Part shown: in pieces, positions 54,297-63,069 of the stretch | How positions within the stretch are numbered: position 1 is the first letter of the stretch | Layout of the letters: each line of letters starts with the position of its first letter | Assembly (NCBI GenBank): GCA_038227875.1 | Contig: JBBRPR010000001.1 | Coordinates: forward strand, 1-64,000 | Source: Planctomycetota bacterium | GTDB lineage: Bacteria; Planctomycetota; SZUA-567; H5-PLA8 | Length of the DNA stretch: 64,000 bases | Direction: 5' to 3' | Translations under genes and position numbers: made by a program | Notes under the pieces: model-generated | The model's database searches: none | Seen by the model: only the letters and a program-made list of their open reading frames with translations | Told to the model about the DNA's origin: nothing

Positions 54297-54440
54297 AGGT
54301 GACCCCTTTGCGCACGTTGTGATGGCTAACGCTCTCGTTCATTATTAATATACCACAGATTTAATAATGTTATGCTTTTTAATGGAAATTATTAAAAACA
54401 TAGCGTATTCTTTTAAAGGCTCGACAAGGGGAGGTGACCT

Positions 54441-54674
54441 ATGGTTGCAGCGATTGGCCAGGAAACGGTTCACACTCACAAGCGGGAAGGCGATGATCAC
54501 GCCTTCGAACTCTGCAAATGCAACCGCTGCGGAGTCGTCCGCCGATGCACGCCAGCGACAGACTTTCTCGTACGGATCGAAGATTTGGAAGACGCCGCAT
54601 TTAACGATGATGGCGCGCCGTATTTTTGTGAGCCGTGCTTTCTGGATGTGATCGCACCAGCCGTCGTCGCTTGA
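54441..54674 (+). CDS. Small Cys-rich putative zinc-binding protein (77 aa)
   Basis: Strong RBS GGGGAGGTGA; CKCNRC...C...CEPC. Confidence 0.65.
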   Translation: MVAAIGQETVHTHKREGDDHAFELCKCNRCGVVRRCTPATDFLVRIEDLEDAAFNDDGAPYFCEPCFLDVIAPAVVA

Positions 54675-54746
54675 GTTCGCTCAACATCAATGGTGGCCTT
54701 TTGGCCACCATGCTTGTTTCACTTCAACGCTGCCGGGAGCTGACCG

Positions 54747-55469
54747 ATGCAAGCCGTTCTCGAAACGCCGAAAGCGGCCCCAAAGGTTTCGCCGCTGACG
54801 TACGAGCAGGTGTACCACTTCATGGAAGAGGGCTATGTCAAAGTTTCAGGACTGATTTCGCCGGAAGTGGCGGCGCGCGCAGACAACGCGGCGTGGCGCG
54901 TGGTGGGCATCGACCCGCACGAACCCGATGGCTGGAAGACGCTCACGCACGGCGTATTTACGATCGATCCGGCCGTGATGAGCATGTACACGCCGGAATT
55001 GCGCATTGCCGCGGCGCAACTGGCCTCGCAGGACCCGCATCTGTTCAACATGTCGCGCGTGCCGGAGAACGCGTTCATTCTCACGATCAAACCTGAGCCG
55101 GATGTGCCGTGGACGGTTCACGGACCGCACATCGACGGGCTGGGAAACTGGCAGTGCATCATGCAGAGTTTCCCGCGGCCGTGGACGATGTTTGCGATGA
55201 TCTATCTCCACGACGTGCCCCGTCACTGCGGCACGACGGTCGTGTATCCCAAATCGCACCGCAAGTACCAGGCGCTGATGCGCAGCGAACCGGAGCGTTA
55301 TCGCTTCCTGGCGCAGGTGCAAGACGATCTGAAACGCGTCGACGTCGGTGAGCCCGTCGATGTCCCCGTAAAGGCTGGCGACGTAGTCTTCCTCGACCAG
55401 ATGACGATGCACGCCGGCAGCACCAACAAGGGAAAGCGGCCGCGGTTTGCCTTGAATATGAAGTGGTAA
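54747..55469 (+). CDS. Phytanoyl-CoA dioxygenase (PhyH) family Fe(II)/2-oxoglutarate dioxygenase
   Basis: LTYEQVYHFMEEGYVKV, PHIDG (HxD), IYLHDV, GTTVVYPKSH, KAGDVVFL...HAGSTN...R. Confidence 0.9.
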   Translation: MQAVLETPKAAPKVSPLTYEQVYHFMEEGYVKVSGLISPEVAARADNAAWRVVGIDPHEPDGWKTLTHGVFTIDPAVMSMYTPELRIAAAQLASQDPHLFNMSRVPENAFILTIKPEPDVPWTVHGPHIDGLGNWQCIMQSFPRPWTMFAMIYLHDVPRHCGTTVVYPKSHRKYQALMRSEPERYRFLAQVQDDLKRVDVGEPVDVPVKAGDVVFLDQMTMHAGSTNKGKRPRFALNMKW

Positions 55470-55601
55470 CATGGAAGTCGGGCCGAATGGGTAGATGTTC
55501 CAATTTGAGCAAGTTCCAAAATGCTATTAAATTTGCCAATCGAGGGGTGGTATTCCCAAGGAATTTGACGAAAATGGGAATCCCACGCATCGAGGCGTCC
55601 G

Positions 55602-57311
55602 ATGGAATTTTGGTTTTGTGAAAAGTGCGGTGTCCGAGTCGCTGAAGCCGAGCTGACCAAGGGAGCGACACGCAATCCCGATTCGGGCGTGGTGTTCTGC
55701 GTTAAATGTTCGACCGCCGTTGCCCCGCCACCCGTTGTACACGCTACGCCAAAAGTTCGCACCACGCCGGCGACGGGGAACTCGGTGCCGGCGCAGGCGT
55801 CGTCCGTCCGCATGGTACCCGCGCGCGGCGTCTCGGCGCGGACGCGCGAGACGACCATTCTGCGCGCGCCATCCAGCAGCAAACGCGACACGATGCCCGC
55901 CCGCCCAGAACGCGGACAGGAGCGTGTCGATCGCGCGCCCGAGTCGGCGATGAAGAAGAACATGCCGCTGCTGATCGGCGTCGGTAGCGCGGTGGTGCTG
56001 ATTGCCGGCGCGGCCGTCTTCTCGATGACCGGCTCGCCGCCCAAGGACAAGATTGCCGACGTGACGCCGAAAACATCCGGCGGCGAAAGTTCCCAGCGGA
56101 ACGACCCCACTCCCGCGCCCGTGCATACGCCCGCGCCGCAGGCTCCGCCGCTGGCGCAGGCGAAAGACGATTCCGCAAAAGAGGAGTCGGCCGCTCAGGA
56201 CGCCTTTGCGTCGCTGGAGCGCAAAGTCAAATCGCTCTCCGAGCTCTCCAGCCAGAATGAAGCCATCGATGAGTACCTGGAGAAGTACGGCAAGAGCATT
56301 GTGGCCGCGCGCGCGCGGACGCTGAAGTCGAAACTGAAAGAAGACGCGCAACCGAAAAAGACCACGCCGCCGGTGAAACAGGTGGTCGTTGAAGACCCGA
56401 GCTCCGTCATTGCCCGCGCTCAGGAGATCCTGTCTAAACAGGATATCGCCGGCGCCATCGCCATCTACGACAAGGCGATCGCGGCGGATAAGACGGTCTA
56501 TCAATACTACCAGAACCGCGCGAATATGAGGCTGCTGGCCGGAGACTTCGACGGCGTCCGGGCCGATGCCGACAAGGCCCTTTCCATGCAGCCGGAGTGG
56601 GCCAGCTATGCCATGAAAGCCATCGCCGCGTTCGCCGAGAAGCACGATGATGACTTCCGCACGAACCTGGAGAAGGCGGCGTCGATGAACAACATCACCG
56701 CCACCGAGCTGGCGCAGAAACTGGCCGGCGATCTTCAGCGCTCGCGCTGGGTCGCGGAGGGCAAGGCCTTCGAAACCAAAGCGCCGTCCACGGGAATTGA
56801 ATACATCTTGCGCGGGCACTTCAAACTGGCGCGGGGCAAGGTCGACGACGGCATATCCGATCTGCGTGAAGGCATCAAGCGCGACGAGACACTCGGCCCC
56901 AAGGGCATCTTTGTGGAACTCGCCGACCTGGCGCGCGGTCAGAAGGATTTCAAGGCGGTGCTTGGCTACTTCAAACAATGGTCTGAAGTAAAGCCCGAGA
57001 CCGCGGTGGCACTGAATTCGTACGCCTGGGAACTGCTGACGACTCAGGACACCTCCCTGCGCGACGCGAAGACCGCGCTGCCACTGGCGGAAAGAGCCGC
57101 GGAACTGACCCAGAAGAACGACGCCGCGATTCTCGATACGCTCGCGCTGGCTTACTTCAACAACAACCGCGTTAAAGCCGCGATCACCACGGAACAGAAA
57201 GCGATTGAGCTGCTGCCCGCCGGAACGACAGCGGCAGCGCGACAAGACTACGAAAAACATCTCGCCGATTTTCAGGCAATGGAAGGCAAGGACGCGCCCG
57301 AGACGCATTGA
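55602..57311 (+). CDS. Bitopic membrane protein: N-terminal zinc ribbon, disordered linker, TM helix, C-terminal TPR array
   Basis: FCEKCG...FCVKC; TM LLIGVGSAVVLIAGAAVFSM; TPR AIAIYDKAI, ALNSYAWELLT, AILDTLALAYF. Confidence 0.88.
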   Translation: MEFWFCEKCGVRVAEAELTKGATRNPDSGVVFCVKCSTAVAPPPVVHATPKVRTTPATGNSVPAQASSVRMVPARGVSARTRETTILRAPSSSKRDTMPARPERGQERVDRAPESAMKKNMPLLIGVGSAVVLIAGAAVFSMTGSPPKDKIADVTPKTSGGESSQRNDPTPAPVHTPAPQAPPLAQAKDDSAKEESAAQDAFASLERKVKSLSELSSQNEAIDEYLEKYGKSIVAARARTLKSKLKEDAQPKKTTPPVKQVVVEDPSSVIARAQEILSKQDIAGAIAIYDKAIAADKTVYQYYQNRANMRLLAGDFDGVRADADKALSMQPEWASYAMKAIAAFAEKHDDDFRTNLEKAASMNNITATELAQKLAGDLQRSRWVAEGKAFETKAPSTGIEYILRGHFKLARGKVDDGISDLREGIKRDETLGPKGIFVELADLARGQKDFKAVLGYFKQWSEVKPETAVALNSYAWELLTTQDTSLRDAKTALPLAERAAELTQKNDAAILDTLALAYFNNNRVKAAITTEQKAIELLPAGTTAAARQDYEKHLADFQAMEGKDAPETH

Positions 57312-57385
57312 CTTCAGCCAAGAAAACGCGCCGCACATAAAAAAGTTAGCATTATTTAGCACTCCGCGTTGTATCCTTATTTAGC

Positions 57386-58114
57386 ATGGATCGCAGCAAC
57401 CCGCTCACCCTCAACGGTCTCCGCTTCCGCTATGAAACGGCGGAGTCCAAAGCCTCTGGCTGGACCGTCGACGTGGCGAATCTCTCGCTGGGCGCGAGTG
57501 AACAACTGCTGCTGACTGGATCCTCCGGCGGTGGTAAAAGCACGCTGCTCTACCTGATCGCAGGTCTTCTCGATCCGGTGGAGGGTCGCGTGCTCGTTGG
57601 CGGCACGGACCTGCATTCGATGCGCGGCGGCGCGCGCGATCTTTATCGCGGCCGCAACATCGGGATGATTTTTCAGACGTTCAATCTGCTCCACGGCTTC
57701 AGTGCAGTGGAAAACGTGATGGCGGCGCTGATGTTCTCGTCGCTGCCCGGCCGCGAGCACCGCGGGTACGCGGTCGACTTGCTGGCGAAACTGGGCCTGT
57801 CGAATCCCGACGCCGATCCCGACACGCTGAGCGTGGGGCAGCAGCAGCGCGTGGCCGTTGCGCGCGCGGTGGCCTGCGAGCCGATACTCGTTCTCGCCGA
57901 TGAACCCACGGCGAGCCTGGATCCGGAATTGGCTGTGACCGCAATGGATCTGATTCAGGACACCTGCCGCCAGCGCGGCGCGGCGCTGCTCTGTACCAGC
58001 CACGACCCGGCGATGGCGCAGCGCTTCGATCGGCGCATTGCGTTAAGCGAATTGGGCGCACGCGGCGCATCCACACCGAATTCCGCCCCGAGCAGATCGG
58101 AGGTGGCGCGATGA
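57386..58114 (+). CDS. ABC transporter ATP-binding protein
   Basis: GSSGGGKS, GMIFQTFNLL, LSVGQQQRVAVARA, LADEPTASLD, SHD. Confidence 0.95.
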   Translation: MDRSNPLTLNGLRFRYETAESKASGWTVDVANLSLGASEQLLLTGSSGGGKSTLLYLIAGLLDPVEGRVLVGGTDLHSMRGGARDLYRGRNIGMIFQTFNLLHGFSAVENVMAALMFSSLPGREHRGYAVDLLAKLGLSNPDADPDTLSVGQQQRVAVARAVACEPILVLADEPTASLDPELAVTAMDLIQDTCRQRGAALLCTSHDPAMAQRFDRRIALSELGARGASTPNSAPSRSEVAR

Positions 58115-59442
58115 TGACGGATTTTACGATCATCAAGCGCAGCCTGCGCCTGCGTCTGTTCTCGACGCTGATCACCGCGCTGACGGTGGCCGTCGCCGTC
58201 TGCCTGATGCTGGTGCTGCTGAGCCTGCGCGACGCCAGCCGCAGCGCGTTCAACCGGGGCAGCGGCAACATTCAGTTGTTGCTCAGCGCTGATTCCAGCC
58301 CGATGGTCTCGGTGCTCAACGCGATCTTCTACGCCAACCCTCCCGCCCGCGCGGTGAAATGGCCGGCGTGCCAGGAGTTGCTCGCGAAATACCCGGTCGA
58401 CTTCGCGATTCCGATTCAGCAGGGCGATTCGTACCGCAGCTTCCCGATTCTCGCGACGACGACGCAATTCTTCAGCGCGTTTCAGCCCAACGGCGACGAG
58501 AAGTGGAAACTGGCCGACGGCGAATTTTTCAAAGCCGAATTCCAAATCGTCGCGGGCGCGTCGGTGGCGAAAGTGCTCGGACTGAAAACCGGCGACAGCT
58601 TTTTCATTACACATGGAATCAGCGGCATCAACGATACGAATGAAGAGGAGCGTGCGAGCGGCGGCGACTTCCCCACCATGAAGGCCGCGCTGGCGCAGAT
58701 GCACCGCTATTCGAAGTACAAAATCGTTGGCGTGCTGCAGCCGACCGGGACCAGCCACGATCGCGCGCTCTTCACGGATCTCAATAGCGCGTGGATCGTT
58801 CACGCGCACGAAAAGCGCAAACTGAAAGACCCAACGGTAACGCAGACGACAGCCGCCGATCTCGCCGCGTCGGATCAATTGATCACCGGAGTCTACGTGC
58901 GCTTCAAAACCGCACCGGGCAGCAGCGAATCTCCGGCGCTGTACACCGCTTACGACGATTTGAAGCGCCACCATCCGGAGTTGACCGTTGCGCTGCCGGG
59001 CAATGAGATCGACAAGCTCTTCACGATCGTCTCGAATATCGACGAAGTCTTCGTCGCGATGGCGGCGGTGGTGATGCTCTCCAGCGGCATTGCGATTCTG
59101 CTGGCGCTCTACAATTCCATGGAACAGCGCCGCCGGCAAGTCGCCGTGCTGCGTGTGCTCGGCTGCAGCCAGGTGCGCATTTTCGGGCTCGTGATCACAG
59201 AGGCCGCGCTGATTGGCGTCTTCGGCGCGCTGGGCGGCTTGGTGCTCTCGGTCATGGTCAATCAAATCGCGGCGCGGATCCTTGATGCGAAATTGGGGCT
59301 GGCATTGCAACCGGCGCTCCTGGGTACGCCCACCGTGCTCATTCTTTTTGCCGCGGTAGTACTGGCGAGTTTCGCCGGAATCATTCCAGCGGTGCTCGCG
59401 TACCGCACCACAATCACGCGCAGTTTGCGGCCTTTGGGTTGA
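58111..59442 (+). CDS. FtsX/MacB-like ABC permease (DUF3299-associated type)
   Basis: N-terminal TM; AIPIQQGDSYR; THG...H...IVGVLQPTGTSHDRALF; EQRRRQVAVLRVLG; C-terminal TMs. Confidence 0.92.
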   Translation: MMTDFTIIKRSLRLRLFSTLITALTVAVAVCLMLVLLSLRDASRSAFNRGSGNIQLLLSADSSPMVSVLNAIFYANPPARAVKWPACQELLAKYPVDFAIPIQQGDSYRSFPILATTTQFFSAFQPNGDEKWKLADGEFFKAEFQIVAGASVAKVLGLKTGDSFFITHGISGINDTNEEERASGGDFPTMKAALAQMHRYSKYKIVGVLQPTGTSHDRALFTDLNSAWIVHAHEKRKLKDPTVTQTTAADLAASDQLITGVYVRFKTAPGSSESPALYTAYDDLKRHHPELTVALPGNEIDKLFTIVSNIDEVFVAMAAVVMLSSGIAILLALYNSMEQRRRQVAVLRVLGCSQVRIFGLVITEAALIGVFGALGGLVLSVMVNQIAARILDAKLGLALQPALLGTPTVLILFAAVVLASFAGIIPAVLAYRTTITRSLRPLG

Positions 59443-59450
59443 GGAACGGC

Positions 59451-60185
59451 ATGGGTCTTCGTACGTTCTGGATTCTCCTTGCTGTCTCCGCACTCGGTGC
59501 TGCCGCGCTGCTCTATCCGCGCACGAAAGCCAACACGCGAGGCCTGGCCGATACCGGAACGGAATTCACTGTCGTCGACATCGTTAAAGATCCCGTGCCA
59601 GAAGTCGCGCCGACGCCGGCCGTGCTGCCGGCTCAACATCAGCAGGCACTGGCGCCCAAGCCGGTGCAGCTCAAGCCGGACAACGGCGGCATGGTGGAGC
59701 AGGAGCGCGATCCGCGACTGGTGCGCATGCCGGACGGTTCACTGATCGTCGATCATTACTTCCGCATCGCCGGCGGAAAAGGGACCGCCGACGAACCGTA
59801 TCAACTGCTGTGGGAACTGCTGCTCTCGGCGCAGCGCAATTTTGAAGGATCCAACGCGGAGAATACGCTGCCGCGGCACGTTCAGTTTCTCGATGGAAAG
59901 TTCGTGGTGCTCAACGGCGTCACGGTGCGTTCGGCGGAGACCGGACCGGCCATGGAATTCGTTCTGACAGATATGCAGATGGATAATTGCCCCGTCTGCA
60001 GAGCGCGTTCGATTTTTGCCACGGTCGCGGTGAAGCTGAAGGCGGCGGAGCGAATGGAGCGCGGTGCGCTGAACACGTACACGATCCGCGGTCAATTCCG
60101 AGCCGCGCCGGCCCGCGACAATGGCTTTCTACTGGGCGTCTATTTTCTCGACGACGGAGAGATAATTTCGCGCACGAGGCAGTGA
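59451..60185 (+). CDS. Membrane-anchored DUF3299-like protein
   Basis: ATG follows GAGGA; N-terminal hydrophobic anchor; LLWELL, FLDGKFVVLNG, EFVL...NCPVC; position downstream of the permease. Confidence 0.7.
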   Translation: MGLRTFWILLAVSALGAAALLYPRTKANTRGLADTGTEFTVVDIVKDPVPEVAPTPAVLPAQHQQALAPKPVQLKPDNGGMVEQERDPRLVRMPDGSLIVDHYFRIAGGKGTADEPYQLLWELLLSAQRNFEGSNAENTLPRHVQFLDGKFVVLNGVTVRSAETGPAMEFVLTDMQMDNCPVCRARSIFATVAVKLKAAERMERGALNTYTIRGQFRAAPARDNGFLLGVYFLDDGEIISRTRQ

Positions 60186-60237
60186 TCGGGAATTCGAATT
60201 TCCTGAACGCACGCGGTTGGATTCGCGCTTGAGATTC

Positions 60238-63069
60238 TCACGGCTTTACCTTCTCCGGAATGTATTGCATCTGCAACCATTCCATCGGCGCGCCGATGCC
60301 ATTTTTGTTCCGGGTCGGTGCGAGGAGTTGCGTGCCCGGCTTCCCCGTGTTGCGGATGACGTTGACGCGCCAGTTCGTTCCGTGTTGTGGTGGCGGGGCG
60401 ATTTGTTTCTCGAGGACGTCAAAGGGGATGACGAGTTCTGCCGTCCAGCCGCCCTCACTCCCCGTTGAGGATTTCGCCAGCCACTGGGGTTTCCAGTCGG
60501 CCCCGGTGACGGTGAGCTTCAACGCATCGAGCACCGCCTTGATTTTCGGATCGGATGGGTCGCCGCCGGGCGCCGTCAGCAGCGCGGTGCTCGCGACACC
60601 AGCGCGCGTAAGGGAAAATTGGTACGCCACCGCGCCGTCGCCGCGCGGATCGATCACGACCGTGATGTTGTCCTCGTCGGCCGCATCCCGGCAGCTCACG
60701 CCGACGTACAGGTGTTTGGCATCCCAGAGAAACCTGGCTTCGCTGCGCGCCGCAGGCTCGAAGCCATTGGGCTTGAGCAGCGGCAGAGTCAGCGCCGCGT
60801 TCCATGACGGTTCATCGAGCAGGCCGTCGGGTGAGAGTTCCGCGACCGGCTGGCGGACCTGCTGCCCGCGAAGGCCGGGTTGATACGTGACCAGTGCGGG
60901 TTGTCCGGTGGGCCGTGAAAAGAGGCCGCGCATCTTGCTGGTAAAGCAGAGTTTGCCGTCGGCAAAAATCGGCGAACGTGAGATCTCGCCCTCTGCCGGA
61001 AGAGTATCGTGCCAGCCGACTTCGCCGGAGCCGGCATCGATCCCGAAGACTTTTCCATCGGCTGTTCCGCCGTAGATGACGGACCCGAGTAGAATCGGCG
61101 ACGCCGTCACCGGACCGCCGGCGGTGGCCGGTGCTTTCCAGAGGGACTGCCCGGTGGCGTGGTCGACGCAGTGAATGTGCCCGGCCTTGTCCCCGAAGAC
61201 GACGCGCTTTTTGTCGACGCACGATCCGCCTTCAATGGAGGCTCCGGCGGCGTAGTGCCACGCCTCTTTGCCGGTGGCCGAATCGACGGCGTAAAAAGTA
61301 CCAGTGCGCGTTCCGACGTAGACATTCTTTCCATCAGTCGTGGGGGGCGCGGAGATCGGACCATCGAGCGGCGTCTCCCAGCGTTGGATGCCCAGCGCCG
61401 CGTCGATGGCGTAAAGACTTTTATCGAGCGAGCCGAAATAAACGCGGCCATCCGCGGCACAGGGGCCACCTTCGATCCAGCCGCGTGCGGGAAAATTCCA
61501 GAGCATGCGCCCGCGGGCGATGTCGATCGCGTAGAGCCTCCGATCGAGCGTGCCGTAGTAAAGCACCCCGCAGTAGACCAACGGAGAACCGACGCATTCG
61601 CCTTCGCTGGTGAAGTTCCAGCGTTCGCTGCCATTCGCCAGTTCGACGGCGTGCATGGCGCCATTTTTGGTGCCGACGAAAAGCAGATTGTCTTCCACCG
61701 CGATGCTGCTGGTCACGCCCCACGGCGCGTCCTGGACATTAAAGGGAAGACCGTAGATCAGTTTTCCTTCCCCCCAGACGCAACTGCTGCAGTGGGTGCG
61801 ATCGTCCTGCGACAGGCTGATCGGCTGAGGGACGGCGATGAACGGCGGGAAGAAGTCGACGTCGGGCATCGTGCCGGCGCGGGTGGCGTATTTTCCTTCC
61901 GTGAGCCAGTTGCGTTCGTACGACTCGGTGTTGACGCGTTCGTACGCAGCGCTGAATTCCTTCAACGTTTGCGGATTGGCGGCGAAGCGCTGTTTCACAA
62001 ACCGGCAGACGGCGCGGGCGCTGGGGAAGCGGTTCTGTGCCAGCCACGCCGCGATGGTGGTGTGGCACGCGGCGACGAAATCTCCGCCAGCCGCCTCCAT
62101 TTCGCCGGGGGCGACTTTCTTCGCCTCATAACTGGCGAACTGGCCGCCGAGATATTCGGGGACCTTCGACGTTCCCCCGGCCAGACCCATGCGGATTTCC
62201 GGATTGCGGCGGTTGGTGTACATCTCGAGGACATGCTTGCCCGCTTTCAGTTCCACCTGACCTGTAAAGCTGGAGCAGAATGGCGACCCGCCGTAGCCCA
62301 ACACGTACCAGCCCTGCACCGCGGCGGTTTTGCGGTCCCCGTCCACGAAGATCACCCCGATGCGGTCGGAGGAGAGCGCGTTGGCGATGAGCAGATCGTA
62401 TTTCCCGGGCGTTTCAATTTCGATTTCCGCGCGAAAAATGTGAAAGTATTGATCCGGTGCGCTGATGGGTTGCGCCGCGTTGACGTAAATTCCGCTGATC
62501 ACATTTTTCGGGGCCTTCTCGTCGAGCGGCGGCGTGGCCTTCGCCTGCTCCATGACGCGCTCGTAGTAGCTCAGTAACTTTTCCTGACTGACCAGTTGCT
62601 TGCCATCCAGCGGGCTGAGCGGATTGTAGCTGACGCAGGTAAAGCCGCCCTTGGGGGCCCAATCCGCGCGGCCTGGAACCGGTACCGAAACGCCGGCGGG
62701 CGGCGGCGGAAGTTTTGGCGACGGGTTTCCAAAGTAGAGAAAATATTTCCCCGCGCCGGGAGCGCCCTCGAAAATCACGCGCACATGAGTGGCGTCGAGC
62801 GCACTGATCAGCGCGCTGACGGCTTCGCCCTGCGGGCCGACGACGCGAACGTCGCGCCCGTCGAACTGGCCAAGACCGCCGTGATCGAGCGTGATGTCGC
62901 CGGCTTCGACCGCTTCGGTCAACGTGACGGGAACCCGAAATAGCCAGCCCGCGGGCCACTCGCCGGCCTTGGGCTTTTCGTCGGCGGCTCGGCACTGCCA
63001 CGGCGTCAGTGACGCGAGGAAAGTCAACAACGCGGCGCTGAGCAGCAAATCAGGGGTGCTTTTCGGCAT
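60238..63069 (-). CDS. Secreted multidomain protein: DUF2341-like N-terminus, PA14-like, PQQ/BamB-like propeller, CBM9-like C-terminus
   Basis: Signal peptide; WLFRVPVTL...DGRDVRVV...LYFGNP; ELKAGKHVLE; about seven A(V/I)D..TG...W-type blades; DGLLDEPSW, LWDAKHLYVG, WTAELVIPF, WRVNVIR. Confidence 0.88.
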   Translation of the reverse strand: MPKSTPDLLLSAALLTFLASLTPWQCRAADEKPKAGEWPAGWLFRVPVTLTEAVEAGDITLDHGGLGQFDGRDVRVVGPQGEAVSALISALDATHVRVIFEGAPGAGKYFLYFGNPSPKLPPPPAGVSVPVPGRADWAPKGGFTCVSYNPLSPLDGKQLVSQEKLLSYYERVMEQAKATPPLDEKAPKNVISGIYVNAAQPISAPDQYFHIFRAEIEIETPGKYDLLIANALSSDRIGVIFVDGDRKTAAVQGWYVLGYGGSPFCSSFTGQVELKAGKHVLEMYTNRRNPEIRMGLAGGTSKVPEYLGGQFASYEAKKVAPGEMEAAGGDFVAACHTTIAAWLAQNRFPSARAVCRFVKQRFAANPQTLKEFSAAYERVNTESYERNWLTEGKYATRAGTMPDVDFFPPFIAVPQPISLSQDDRTHCSSCVWGEGKLIYGLPFNVQDAPWGVTSSIAVEDNLLFVGTKNGAMHAVELANGSERWNFTSEGECVGSPLVYCGVLYYGTLDRRLYAIDIARGRMLWNFPARGWIEGGPCAADGRVYFGSLDKSLYAIDAALGIQRWETPLDGPISAPPTTDGKNVYVGTRTGTFYAVDSATGKEAWHYAAGASIEGGSCVDKKRVVFGDKAGHIHCVDHATGQSLWKAPATAGGPVTASPILLGSVIYGGTADGKVFGIDAGSGEVGWHDTLPAEGEISRSPIFADGKLCFTSKMRGLFSRPTGQPALVTYQPGLRGQQVRQPVAELSPDGLLDEPSWNAALTLPLLKPNGFEPAARSEARFLWDAKHLYVGVSCRDAADEDNITVVIDPRGDGAVAYQFSLTRAGVASTALLTAPGGDPSDPKIKAVLDALKLTVTGADWKPQWLAKSSTGSEGGWTAELVIPFDVLEKQIAPPPQHGTNWRVNVIRNTGKPGTQLLAPTRNKNGIGAPMEWLQMQYIPEKVKP

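Noticed and set aside
54367..54651. 94-aa ORF overlapping the small Cys-rich gene
   Set aside because: It starts in AT-rich promoter-like DNA without an RBS. The 54441 frame has the RBS and a coherent Cys pattern.
55527..57362. 611-aa minus-strand ORF (likewise 31444-33264, 36550-38184, 43375-45228, 57955-59493)
   Set aside because: In-register antisense shadows of strongly supported genes, with no motifs of their own.
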